47,524 bases of DNA from an uncultured Candidatus Saccharibacteria bacterium (GTDB taxonomy: Bacteria; Patescibacteriota; Minisyncoccia; Minisyncoccales; CAZJYT01), in contig CAZJYT010000001.1 of assembly GCA_964550325.1 (NCBI GenBank), positions 1-47,524 of the forward strand, in the 5' to 3' direction. The notes beneath the pieces are model-generated. The model saw nothing but the letters and a program-made list of their open reading frames with translations. It was not told where the DNA came from and ran no database searches. A program made the translations under genes and the position numbers. Positions 27,701 to 33,770 of the stretch are shown one piece after another (position 1 is the stretch's first letter; every line of letters begins with the position of its first letter).

Positions 27701-30700
27701 ACAAGCCATCCAGGAGGTCCAGAAACTCCAAGAACAGTAGCAATTCCTCCTGCAATAGCTGAAGCAGAGGTTGCTCCTAAGAAGGTTGGAAAGATCCTCT
27801 TTATGGCTTCAGAAGCAAAGAGTTTCCAATTACTCTTTAGAAGATTGTTAATTTCCTCTCTTCTTTCTCTAATAGCCTTTATCTTCTCTTTAGCAGTTAT
27901 CTCAAAAATCCTTTTACCTGCTATTGTTCCCAATCCTTCAGAGAGAAGTTTTTGCTTCTTCTTAATGAGTTGGTTGATTCTTCTAACAGAATCCTGGAGA
28001 ATCTTAAGATAGCCAAAGTATCTTGTTCTTAATTGATTAAAGAGTTTCTCTTTGTTTTGGAATTTCTTCGTTAAAAGAGGCTTAATAGCGATAAGTTTTC
28101 TTATAAGTTCATCTCTCTTTCTAATAAGAGAATAGAGTTTAGAGATTTCAGGAAGATGTTTTTTAACTTCTATTCCCTTTTTTCTTAATGCTTCCTTTAG
28201 ATACTCTGTTGCCTTATTCAAGGCTTCTTTGTGTTTTTCCTGAAGTTCATTTAGTTTCTTAAGACTCTTTCCTAAAGCAAGTATTTCGTTTTTGTGTTCT
28301 TTTATCCAATTTGCATCTTTGTTTATTATCTCTAAAAGTTCTAAAATTGTCCCTGCTTCTTTATGTTTATTCAGAATTTCTCCAATTCTCTGTTTCTCCT
28401 TTTCAGTTGGTTTTTCCTTACTTAAAAGAGAATAGAATTCAGATAAGACAGGATTAGAGATTAACTTTTCTATCTTTTGTCTATTTTCTTCTATTCTTGT
28501 TCTTCTTCTTTCAAATTCCTGACTAAGAGACCTGTTTTGAGAAAGGAAGTCATTTATCTCTGCTATTTCTTTCTCAATAGGAGCAAGTTGAGTTTTCTCT
28601 ATCTGTTTTTTAATCTCTGAGATATCTTGTTTTAGAATTTCAGGATTAGAGAAGGTTCTTAATGCTTTAAGATTTTGCTCATTTAAGAGATTAAGAATCT
28701 GGTCTTGGGTTTTATCAATCTCTTTCTGAAGTTCTATCATCTCTTGAAGTAATGGATCCTTTCCTACTTCTTTCTGAAGTTCTGTTAGTTCTTTTGAGAC
28801 TTGAGATAAGGCATTAGAATTGGTTTTAATTTTCTCTTTTTCCTTCTCAATTTCTCTCTCTATTGTTCTTATTTCTTCTCTCACTGTCTTTAAACCATAT
28901 CTATCAAATTCCTTTTGAAGTTCTTCTTCTGCTTTTTTAGGATCTTTCTCAAACTTCTCTTGCCATTCATTTAACCACTTCTCTACTTCTTTCTTTCTAT
29001 GTTTCTCTTTTGCTTTTTCCAAGATTCTTCTCCTCTGTTCTTTCTCAAAAACTGAAAGTTTCCTAACAAAGATAGGTTCTTTTAGAAATTCTTCTGTTGA
29101 TTTTCCTAATCCTATTTCAGAAGAGATAAGGAAGCGTGTTGAATTTGAAAACTCTCTCCAGAAATCTCCTATTCCATAAAAAGTCTCTTTTCCTTCTTTT
29201 TCCATTAGATCTAAGATCTTCTTATCAATCAGTTCTGAAATCCTTTCTTTTTGCTCTTTAGAAAGAAATGGATTAAGGTTAGTTAAATTCTTTGCTGCTG
29301 CTAAATTTGCTTGGGAAACCAAAAGAAGGCCTCTTTCCAAGAGAATAGGAAATCCTTCAGTAACTCCTTTTACTGTTTCTTTAATTCCAGAGACAATCTT
29401 TTTCTGAATTTCTCTTGAGGTTTTTGAGAATAAGAGGGTTTCTGTTACTTTTTTGGTTTCTCTTAAAAGAGGTTCTGTTTTTCTTAAGAGAGTTTCAATT
29501 AGTCTTTCTTTTTCTCTTAAGACCTTCTTTTTAATCTCTTCTGGAGTTGGAAGTTTTAAAGCAGTTCTTATCAGTTTCTTTCCTGTTTCCTCTGCCCTCT
29601 TTTCCATCCATTTTCTTAATGGAGAGGGAACTTTAGCAAATTCCTTACTTTTTTCTATTATTGGTCTTATTACTTCTCTTTCTATTGTCTTTTGGGTTTC
29701 TTCTGCTACCTCTTTTGGTGTAGGAATCCTTACTCCTTTTTCTACCATTCTTCTTCCAATCTCCTCTGCTTTTCTTCTTGCTAACTCTTTTAAAGAAGGA
29801 GGAATACTCTTACTAACAAGGCTTTTACTTTTCTCTATTAGAGGATTAATGATTTCAGTTTTGATGCTTTTTTCAGTTTCTCTTGCTACTTCTTCAGGAG
29901 TAGGAATTTTCACTCCTCTTTCCACCAGTTTTCTCCCTACTTCTTCCGCCTTTCTTCTTGCTATTTCTCTTAAAACTTCAGGAACCTTGGCTATTTGTTT
30001 AGCTTTCTCTATTAGAGGATTTACAACCTCTCTCTCTACCTGTTTTTTTGCCTTTTCTACTACTTCTTCAGGAGAAGGAATAGTTATTCCTTTCCTTACC
30101 ATCTCTCTCCCTAATCTCTCCGCTCTCTTTCTTACTTCTTCTCTTAATGAAGGAACTACTCTATTTGCTTGTTGTCTTACTTTTGAGATAAAAGGATCTA
30201 TAACTTCTCTTTCTATCTTCTGTTCTACATTTCTTGCTACTTCTTCTGGAGATGGAGGTTGAAATCCCTTTCTTACCAATTCTTTTCCCAACTTATTTAG
30301 TTCCTCTCTAATCTTTGTTCTAATAGCCCTTCCCCAGTTGGTAAATCTTCCAAAAGCAGAATTAATTGCCTCCCAGATTCCTCTTTGTCTCTCCTCTTCT
30401 TTTCTTCGTTTTTCTTCCTCTCTTCGTCTTCTTTCTTCTTCTCTCCGTCTTCTCTCTTCCTCCGCTCTTCTTCTGGCCTCTTCTGCCTTTCTCCTTGCTT
30501 CTTCTAATCTTCGTCTCTCTGCTTCTCTTCTTCGTCTTTCTTCCTCCTCACGTCTTCTTCTCTCTTCTGCCTCTCTTCTTTTTCTTTCTTCTTCTGCTCT
30601 TCTTCTGGCTATTTCTTCAGAGAGTTTCTGAAGACGGAGTTGTTTTTGTCTCTCTGTTTCATAGGCTTCCTTTTTCTTTCTGAAATGACTTAAGGCTCTC

Positions 30701-31137
30701 TCATAGGCTCTCTGAGTGATGGGACCCCAATAACCTGTAGATCTCACGTATCTTGGAAAGAATCCGTGTTTCTTTAATAAGTCTTGAAAAGCAGCAATCT
30801 CTTTGCTTCTCTTTCCTCTTAGAGAAGGAGCCTTTCTAAAGAGATCCTCAAAGGTAACTCTGAGTTTCTCTACTTCTTTTCTTTCTTTAACGATTTTCTT
30901 TTGTCTTGTTTTCCATTCTTTGTATGCTTTGTAAGTAGGGCTGGAAAGAAACTTAGAAAAGGCTTCTGCTGTTATCTTTCCATAATATCCTGTAGCAGGA
31001 ACAGAAGCAGGAAAGTATCCTCCTTTCTTTAGGAGTTTCTGTACTTCTCTTGTTTCTGCTGACCAGGTTCCCCTTCTAACTTTTCCAGTAGCAGTATAGG
31101 AAAAGAGTTTTGAGATTTCAGGAAAACTCAAAGCCAT
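15775..31137 (-). CDS. giant virion-associated protein (5120 aa): 2x peptidoglycan-binding repeats, R/E tract, tandem repeats, TM cluster; ejection-protein or tape-measure candidate
   Basis: Uninterrupted 15,363-nt ORF, with a 1-nt gap to the upstream ORF and 3 nt to the downstream one. Domains are described in separate features and findings. Confidence 0.8.
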   Translation of the reverse strand: MALSFPEISKLFSYTATGKVRRGTWSAETREVQKLLKKGGYFPASVPATGYYGKITAEAFSKFLSSPTYKAYKEWKTRQKKIVKERKEVEKLRVTFEDLFRKAPSLRGKRSKEIAAFQDLLKKHGFFPRYVRSTGYWGPITQRAYERALSHFRKKKEAYETERQKQLRLQKLSEEIARRRAEEERKRREAEERRRREEEERRRREAERRRLEEARRKAEEARRRAEEERRRREEERRRREEEKRRKEEERQRGIWEAINSAFGRFTNWGRAIRTKIREELNKLGKELVRKGFQPPSPEEVARNVEQKIEREVIDPFISKVRQQANRVVPSLREEVRKRAERLGREMVRKGITIPSPEEVVEKAKKQVEREVVNPLIEKAKQIAKVPEVLREIARRKAEEVGRKLVERGVKIPTPEEVARETEKSIKTEIINPLIEKSKSLVSKSIPPSLKELARRKAEEIGRRMVEKGVRIPTPKEVAEETQKTIEREVIRPIIEKSKEFAKVPSPLRKWMEKRAEETGKKLIRTALKLPTPEEIKKKVLREKERLIETLLRKTEPLLRETKKVTETLLFSKTSREIQKKIVSGIKETVKGVTEGFPILLERGLLLVSQANLAAAKNLTNLNPFLSKEQKERISELIDKKILDLMEKEGKETFYGIGDFWREFSNSTRFLISSEIGLGKSTEEFLKEPIFVRKLSVFEKEQRRRILEKAKEKHRKKEVEKWLNEWQEKFEKDPKKAEEELQKEFDRYGLKTVREEIRTIEREIEKEKEKIKTNSNALSQVSKELTELQKEVGKDPLLQEMIELQKEIDKTQDQILNLLNEQNLKALRTFSNPEILKQDISEIKKQIEKTQLAPIEKEIAEINDFLSQNRSLSQEFERRRTRIEENRQKIEKLISNPVLSEFYSLLSKEKPTEKEKQRIGEILNKHKEAGTILELLEIINKDANWIKEHKNEILALGKSLKKLNELQEKHKEALNKATEYLKEALRKKGIEVKKHLPEISKLYSLIRKRDELIRKLIAIKPLLTKKFQNKEKLFNQLRTRYFGYLKILQDSVRRINQLIKKKQKLLSEGLGTIAGKRIFEITAKEKIKAIRERREEINNLLKSNWKLFASEAIKRIFPTFLGATSASAIAGGIATVLGVSGPPGWLVAGIGGLLGWFASKEVSDLFMKKLPNVGRAFLATLYDFEESQGIRISSKKDLETVEEHFKKLPIGEKLSAINFFANSEISKKGWKELSSFEKFKTYLKAFNATEAEIIDAFKKEHKEIIEKAPISKELINFLPWIITDPVTYTNPAKIVWKKTGKRLVSETQRWIAGTRLGEVMPKLAKKVRESKLGMAAIELDNLFRFKPLDIEHIYKLKETPFAEIAKALDKDVRLTIFSNVLRRELPLANKIAFSEIERQLREVPALVDQTIKGWWKNLSKKDQKVVENFTRLLVGLDKELRYQPEEYIENPVIRKFFKPEVLFKNKELFETALKQFSAKGKAKETLKRKAEELTREYEKTVAESITRAFKGERKLNNVELNSRLREFTEREKRIIKNLGKDTVERSERLTILKTIADQVERLNKGEIKVWEFKKYLKEIKNREPKVYNAWMEYQKLWKDIHKLAEEKGFLLKELPDFVFVKDSKIKGIRLEGVLRDEKVLIKKYDEFLTVLDKFLKRKAEIKELTRKLKKLKKGTKDYERLLRRIEKEKAEIAERERGIRFLQSSLKERIKSEHKPLVIRYNPNSVGDSNELIFQSLFKGNYKFVNDFLKIPIGSVLGTERGLSNSFSFTLRDFIISELKQQEAQKTKLGLLIKDLKEIFKPLEKETKDEVPYFIQTSFRKTKGTEELLKEIKHSGIDKKFPHFEVLLRFEKDPTFELKPLSQVDTVEAMKSSFIYVRAIGKQKLIDSNIYDLILSFLLTVKALTKPHNKNVFEAIIRDVLEGRRIWKGENKEIFFKALKRVAEERSLPLEQLKILKSLFFEKHPWAEMLELESSKELDQLVNLVSSRISSLQKLLLEKKPEIKKRFIKLTEEFAYKGNLIEFSELPDIALRFCQIRVLDVDKSQLRSAILKTVKLLESYASLRPAKVPLVFPKRAVYWPMRFPKKEMERYFKEKLEATWEVLAERLKSEFKERKPLTVDIIKRIETKSLNLKGKTVTYLFPREILSKEIEMGVDISRYIPEETKKLISHPYFYLFKDPNCISRKIKHWKEIRNFEFTVINNYRKLLGKLKKKKKFIGGFRIITPDAVFFSEIKKKNEKEILYQLAKNNFLLFKLHPLYPSLKELIEPLKLSEKEIRDLLFTLLETERLKLKGVTEEEIALRWRAAIQEVIFKGPKWRRRLAESKGILVPLRKQEITKDISFEKLKAQQKQGKLVGATYPSEVSKAIREGNLKKLSELKLLSLEEAALSKRFFEEGRIEKIKGVDPNFFGDTYTLFKTIADNTGITSLVRSLDDIKKASSVDLALEIYCLSESFGKVMGEINPLLTEFQKKRKEVIKKLEKETLEKVEKVKGFRLDEKLKRLSSLFGFDLAENYGLKPSDVFNSIRIYREQLEKVRKIKEELESLIRSREELIRRLREGKKVEKQLEKIKGEIERRELGLSVLTSFFKNINSPEFINNLPYLFLEGELIPEFGKIRQGFENLFAPLVKNETFKVVRNLIYDFNPEKDVLVGGEKKVYLDKLLEREITFTENQLKKLENKRFLEEFVEDLGKRALEAEWKIQSSKGLAKKINELSFKILDRDYKELKAVLRNEKKLGETLYVRRRTREIRFLRDLRDFINKLYFVSLTEDGRRFLQKNLTLENLYNVYKGNLEGKKFLELFNYHLNQALKLNSSVELVREIKLPGLNWKEITRKELDKDLNIISTTRYYLPDLSEGILLKTKPQFKRERGALVVKGFERTIGRIKIVETGRITSADRFYRSLIDPIYDEEVKKILKAKIRILQGKNVYLKLPRKPGMDDRAYKKAVKDWEEKINRILFEKYFHPNELKTLQEIDNFAKELKVKGISWIRGLKPAFPIPESPGIPIEPGRAVKTFIERLRYSFSLNEELERMEKSGFIEKAVELVDELKPDVVVFVTDPKMKRVPSFVIPSLDAIREQGNRLFILAEKPRPIDREIAKITKGFVPIRFSELREKLKRGDPVFFLKIGKGKSPSLERLKKEFPHLKSDFFKFRTQSEFREYIRDITLRTIRDSVECISEGPFGAPPSFLLNSLLLGKISTREFYQRWLGQFFSKQIMRKAEKIFERAHRITREALKKQGWSEERITREMANIIALEQKILTYVFKSSVNLISGFPLFVDKIVDRLKKYLKIRDKQLLKQKLYALSSDISLQYKLEPVVENLKQGKKRFYEELLEFGKEKKIPEGEIKELFSSIESELETWMVASSGKTAPRRTFEELEEKICEKILEEVPVGFGPRAQKEFWKIFAKTYATVGKTLSFIKKSYWGLTSLWIAWVLYYRLGWHVRNLAGDLERATWSGISLSNFLKTLDLHEAVFARFIPKVLSDWERLKLRETARVLLVQRKWEKLKPVLKKMGIEFWKEGESMKEKIKRLSEEISRYKPIREWEEYLPESLKKWYSELGIRRVRGLIEPEEFEDVKKFAMSGGLSGLFEDPGNVGARMKMLIRNGWLPKSTKEVLPEKLRKPFETLAKDLGFLKLFNHEVQLFSVFLEEARRLILFDSLLAKRGYDIAKAAMETKKYLFDYSDMNLVFRSLRRLFPFLAFNVKNLELFAREIPQRYGLKVYGAYYYLFKALEEAEKEGNLPEWAKLVPRVRIPGTDLWIGLPFSVFDVLDLFFKPDEVARKFIHNPLHLFAGLGWHPAISSAIETATGKDFWDFETEYKERGYSDEEIERLEIYKKERKEAKKWWQKPWLSILQSVPFAPVFFKLQDSFRRTTLEDLSIFKNPSFREFLKGLGLNILEWDDWAIASQFYFSIPHDIYYDFAKRIRKRDPFVWEIYDWIDKRMKEALIRDPQLLEKLHRVATRRTIYKILTEKDPIKRQKLWKQYQQRFIVNLYFRLEEEEKGAGARFLEKHPELKKEFEDYFKNSFSPFAVRRHIFVQNQKLRSIVYEILKKLPKGTKKEQKEKHLRYNALGIDIPWPIFDYDQLYYELFDSEGNLKILSKEQLEILLERYKLPESLLKDAERNAEQNYHDYLMMSRLEKQRKREADARYSIKLAGFFSFFPSDFALLPKEEKRRIYEKALRYLDQVLTKEEKARWERGKAAYNKEFERRIKKYLELWEKLIREMERTGGYDYYERFYQMPSWFISYYFFNHPLKRLYYPFKRELLRRFKKDNENRKRGIFTNFALRWWFNPRNKKAKEAFAKDQPESFAYLDWVMNWMREASRDEWNAWRNIFWSGKYNKQRETYFKRHPEKKRYYEWIQKWVSFASKEDWEGWKKVFWDSKYKKQRETYFSHYPQKKKYYEKWAELIKIIKTKEFEDYVRAFLATEGWFRKLYLKKDPAIRSLRIEYYKRFIELLDQGKVDETFDLFWEDRFKELREDLKKRKPEEYNYLLFWRRLSLLAEKENWEGWRNEFFAERNKKYRERYYKRHPEKKRYYEWLGRWINFAFKGDWKNWKRVFYDSSYKKEREMYFKTHPEKEEYYKTWNKLLKKENFIEFIEAFLKTSPMFKKTYLKKDPYLRGLKIQYYEEFYKLFKEGKIDERFKLFWKPEFKPLREELKKKDPDTYNYLLFWKRLSALARIENWDLWQAYFWRKDNKKYRERFFEKHPEKKQLYLDRMEYFSLPKETFEDNLKRFLFLEEHPELRESFKEDLEPKRREAYEKYYQYQKLLLEAPDVKSKPDRKSLESLRRFYLMRERFREENIEIFRYLKKEEGVKTTLERMIEHYFSLGTLEERKNYLKENPELKEYFRKKQHPLFSKLIDLQEEYFRKETLGEREEFLNKHPELLDFWEIWALPRSYFFDRRRFKPWEKRVNEVREILQKEPCELLSRLVSKKLFKEFWKVPETDEGYWFKEKIYRMLMENWIRLAKENPLFGVLYFRSLPDWAKSKYLTVHPEKSYLVKYPLRRFIEEGERIEMRFQPDLRWALEKISKFGRYNLPSDVEERVRRIFKKYKIWRDKGNWNKADWERYFEQRMIAINRLKEKDLERLPLLKKELDRAIKELAFLEGRSFKKPLIGYIGSFY
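17010..18240 (-). repeat. in-frame tandem duplication inside the giant ORF, period 540 nt (180 aa), ~2.2 units, each holding two W-x2-W ... HPEKK sub-repeats
   Basis: TTCTGGATG strings at 18091 and 17551 and ATAGTATT strings at 17941 and 17401 are each 540 nt apart. Peptides KRHPEKKRYYEW(I/L)..W..FA.K.DW..WK.VF.DS.YKK.RE.YF recur. Confidence 0.85.
29470..30312 (-). repeat. five in-frame tandem repeats of ~58-60 aa in the giant ORF (aa ~276-556)
   Basis: Units start ELVRKG / EMVRKG / KLVERG / RMVEKG / KLIRTA. Each contains (I/P)P(S/T)PEEV...EREV(I/V).P.IEK(A/S)K. Confidence 0.85.
30382..30630 (-). repeat. Arg/Glu low-complexity tract in the giant ORF (aa ~170-252)
   Basis: RRRAEEERKRREAEERRRREEEERRRREAERRR... 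Produces the spurious + strand ORFs 30338-30683. Confidence 0.9.
30682..31095 (-). other. two PG_binding_1-like peptidoglycan-binding repeats at the N-terminus of the giant ORF
   Basis: GTWSAETREVQKLLKKGGYFPASVPATGYYGKITAEAFSKF and GKRSKEIAAFQDLLKKHGFFPRYVRSTGYWGPITQRAYERAL fit the G..V..LQ..L...GY......G.(F/Y)G..T..A...F pattern. Confidence 0.65.
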
Positions 31138-31138
31138 A

Positions 31139-31633
31139 TTAGTTAAAATCCTTTCTTCTTTTAAGAGAAGATAATAACGAATCTAATTGTTTGTCAAATG
31201 GAAAATAGAGAGTATAGCCTTCCAGTTTTCCCTTTCCAAGTAAATCTCTCTTTATGAAGTAAAATCTTGGTTTGTAAGGATTTTTCTTTTTTAAAATGAC
31301 ACTATTAGAAAACATCTGAGGATAAATTTCTATTACCTTTCCTTCATCCAGATACTTCCTTAAGCCAGAAAAGAGAGTAAGAATAACTGTTTTCCTTTTT
31401 GGAAGTTGAGGATTACGACATACAAAAAGGTATTCTTTGTCTGTTTGTATTCTACTTACCTTATCTGCTTTAGGACAGATTTTAGGAAAAGGATAAGAGG
31501 TTACAATATGAACCTCAAAACCTTGTTTCAGATACTTATCAAGTTCTATCAGATAGAGGTCTGAAGTAAAAACATTAAACTCCCAAACTATGCTTAATTT
31601 AGATTTTAGTCTTTCCCAGGTATTATTTATCAT
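31139..31633 (-). CDS. hypothetical virion-block protein (164 aa)
   Basis: ORF immediately upstream of the giant ORF (TAA-t-ATG) and preceded by repeat copy C. Confidence 0.6.
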   Translation of the reverse strand: MINNTWERLKSKLSIVWEFNVFTSDLYLIELDKYLKQGFEVHIVTSYPFPKICPKADKVSRIQTDKEYLFVCRNPQLPKRKTVILTLFSGLRKYLDEGKVIEIYPQMFSNSVILKKKNPYKPRFYFIKRDLLGKGKLEGYTLYFPFDKQLDSLLSSLKRRKDFN

Positions 31634-31645
31634 CTTTCAGAAGAT

Positions 31646-31706
31646 AGGTCTCTAAATTACCATTAGATTGGCCTTTTTGACCCAAAAAACATCGTTAGAT
31701 TGGGTT
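31646..31706 (-). repeat. CCAATC-box repeat, copy C (minus orientation)
   Basis: Read on the minus strand: CCCAATCTAACGATGTTTT (19 nt identical to 698-716), and 32 nt later GCCAATCTAATGG...TTTAGAGACCT. Ends 12 nt before ATG 31633. Confidence 0.7.
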
Positions 31707-31707
31707 T

Positions 31708-32115
31708 CTAGGAATAATACATGAAATCCTCAAATCGTTTCAACAATCCTTTATTCTTTCCATTCTTCTTCTTCTGTTTTATTTCTTCAACCAAAGGAAA
31801 AAGTGAAAGTTTCTTTAGGATATACCTTGTTCCTTTAGGAAAATTGGTTTTTACTCTTTTTAGTTTCAGGAATTCATTTAGATTGGAAAAGGAAGCAAGG
31901 CATAAAGGATGTTTGGAAGAAAGAAAAAAGGGTTTCTTATAGAAGAAGATAAGAAAAGGTTTTTTAGAGAAGTTGAGATACTTGAAGAATAGTTTCCTTT
32001 CAGAAGCATAATTAAAGACAAAAAGAATTTCAGGTCTTTTCTCACTTACTCTGAATCCAAAAACCTCTAAATGTTGTTCAAAGTTTCTATCTCTGGGAAA
32101 GGTTAAAAAAAGCAT
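31708..32115 (-). CDS. hypothetical protein (135 aa)
   Basis: ORF between stem-loop copy 3 and repeat copy C. No motif. Confidence 0.5.
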   Translation of the reverse strand: MLFLTFPRDRNFEQHLEVFGFRVSEKRPEILFVFNYASERKLFFKYLNFSKKPFLIFFYKKPFFLSSKHPLCLASFSNLNEFLKLKRVKTNFPKGTRYILKKLSLFPLVEEIKQKKKNGKNKGLLKRFEDFMYYS

Positions 32116-32120
32116 AAGGA

Positions 32121-32140
32121 ATGTGCAATATGTTGCACAT
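32121..32140 (-). promoter_or_regulatory. conserved stem-loop element, copy 3 (sense orientation on the minus strand)
   Basis: + strand reads ATGTGCAATATGTTGCACAT, so the minus-strand transcript reads ATGTGCAACATATTGCACAT. Abuts stop codon TAA of ORF 32140-32565, and a T-run follows 8 nt later. Confidence 0.65.
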
Positions 32141-32565
32141 TAGATCTCACAAGACCAAAAAGGTTCTGTTTTTTTAAGTTTCAGATTCTCTTTTAGGAAG
32201 TTAAACATCTCTTCTTCTTTTACATTATCAGGAATAAAGCAAAAGTCTTCTCTCTTTATGATATAGGCAAAACTAAAAGAACTTTCAGCAATAGTTTTCC
32301 CATTAGGAAGTAAGCCATCTGAATAAACAGAACAAGAAGGATTTTCAAAACTAAAAAACCTTACCTTTGGAGAACAAATAAAAAGAAACTCTTCTCTTAA
32401 AAGAGAAGCAATAAGAAAAGCAGTATTAAAAGCAGAAGGAAGATTCTTAACACTTATACCAGAAAGAGGATTTAAATCTGAGTAATTGATAACAATCCTC
32501 TTTGCTTCTTTCTGTCTTGGAGGAAGATTTTCATCTTTTAGAAGCACGAAGTAACAAGAAGCCAT
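32140..32565 (-). CDS. hypothetical protein (141 aa), first gene after the capsid terminator
   Basis: ORF. No motif. Confidence 0.5.
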   Translation of the reverse strand: MASCYFVLLKDENLPPRQKEAKRIVINYSDLNPLSGISVKNLPSAFNTAFLIASLLREEFLFICSPKVRFFSFENPSCSVYSDGLLPNGKTIAESSFSFAYIIKREDFCFIPDNVKEEEMFNFLKENLKLKKTEPFWSCEI

Positions 32566-32589
32566 AAGAGAATAATAACAAATTTCTTT

Positions 32590-32622
32590 TTAAAAAAGAA
32601 GGAGCCCTATTTCAAGGGCTCC
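32590..32622 (-). terminator. rho-independent terminator downstream of the major capsid gene
   Basis: On the minus strand: GGAGCCC-ttgaaata-GGGCTCC followed directly by TTCTTTTTT, 30 nt after the capsid stop codon. Confidence 0.75.
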
Positions 32623-32652
32623 TTTATGAGAGAGGAATCCTATCGGTCAGAA

Positions 32653-33720
32653 CTAGCTGGCCTCAGCAATGTTGTAGAGCATTGCAATCTTTCTGCAGGC
32701 ATTTGTTGTCAAGGCTCCTCTGGTTGTTGCTACCAACCGGCTTACATCTGAACCTGTAATGTTGTGCAGGTTAGTGAAGCCAGTTGATTTCCAAGCCTGG
32801 AGTACTCTCCATCTGAGTCTTCTTTCATCAATCATAAAGGCCTTACCTGAGGGGCAATAAGGATCAGCAACCATTGGAATACCCTTAAAGTAGAAGGCCT
32901 CAAATCCTCCATCTAAAACTCTTCTCTTTCCTCCTTCTGTAGCAGCAAGCAAGAGTCTTACAATAGTTCCTCCATCAGCAGCAACCTTAACAGTGCTAAT
33001 CTGGTCTTCAAACTTCTCAAGAACTTCAGGAGTTGTCACAATAATGGTTGGAGGCTGAGCATCTACATACTTCTTGATTCTGTAGTAGCAGTAGTTCAAG
33101 TTTGGATAATCCAAGGCTGCTGAACTTACATCCTTTGTCCATCCTCTCCACCAAGAATAAGTGGATTTATCAATTCCTCCTACAGTTCCAGTTGAGGCTA
33201 CCATTGCCTGTAAACCAACCATATATTTAGTTCCATCAGCATGGTTGGCATACAGGTCATTGGCCATAGCCTCCTGGATGTTTCTTACAGCCTCTCTGGT
33301 CTTTGCTGCCAAAACATCAAATCTTGCTGCCTTTGACATCAAAACAAGGTCTCGGTTGTCAATTGCCAAGGCAAGCCTGTAGTTCTTAAAGACATACTGA
33401 GCACCCTTTATCTTATCAGTTGAAGTAGATAAAGGAGCAAACTCAGCAGTCTCCCCAGTATTGTAAGCCCCACAGGTTGCCTGTCCTGGAGTTGCAATCT
33501 GCTCTACTAAAAGAGGCTCTACTACAGAAACTCCCTCAACGCTGTCTACGATTCTTGCTCCTGGATATTCCCCTTCTCTTGCTACTCTGAAAATTCTGTA
33601 GAGCAAAGGGGAAGTTCTATAAATCTGGTTAGTCAATCTTGGCTCAATTACTCTCTTAAAAGCAGTTCCCATCTCAGACAAAACCTTATCAAATTCTGAA
33701 CTGTAGGGATATGTTTCCAT
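32653..33720 (-). CDS. major capsid protein (HK97-fold candidate)
   Basis: 355 aa. A/G/T/V-rich, unlike the K/E-rich neighbours. Sits directly downstream of an acidic scaffold-like gene and is followed by a strong terminator. Overall resemblance to phage MCP families; no search run. Confidence 0.7.
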   Translation of the reverse strand: METYPYSSEFDKVLSEMGTAFKRVIEPRLTNQIYRTSPLLYRIFRVAREGEYPGARIVDSVEGVSVVEPLLVEQIATPGQATCGAYNTGETAEFAPLSTSTDKIKGAQYVFKNYRLALAIDNRDLVLMSKAARFDVLAAKTREAVRNIQEAMANDLYANHADGTKYMVGLQAMVASTGTVGGIDKSTYSWWRGWTKDVSSAALDYPNLNYCYYRIKKYVDAQPPTIIVTTPEVLEKFEDQISTVKVAADGGTIVRLLLAATEGGKRRVLDGGFEAFYFKGIPMVADPYCPSGKAFMIDERRLRWRVLQAWKSTGFTNLHNITGSDVSRLVATTRGALTTNACRKIAMLYNIAEAS

Positions 33721-33770
33721 GGCTTTTACTTACTTCCTTTTACAATGCTATTGGCCAGCCTTTTCGACCT

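Noticed and set aside
17010-30312. Tandem DNA repeats as a possible CRISPR array or satellite
   Set aside because: Repeat periods (~177 nt and 540 nt) are in frame, diverge mainly at the protein-conservative level and lie inside one continuous ORF. There is no short repeat/unique spacer structure.
29453-30683. Long + strand ORFs (269, 97 and 105 aa) rich in S/L/F inside the giant gene
   Set aside because: They are antisense shadows of the repeat and R/E low-complexity coding regions of the 5120-aa minus-strand ORF. They have low-complexity composition, no start context and complete overlap. The same applies to the other + ORFs between 15800 and 28012.
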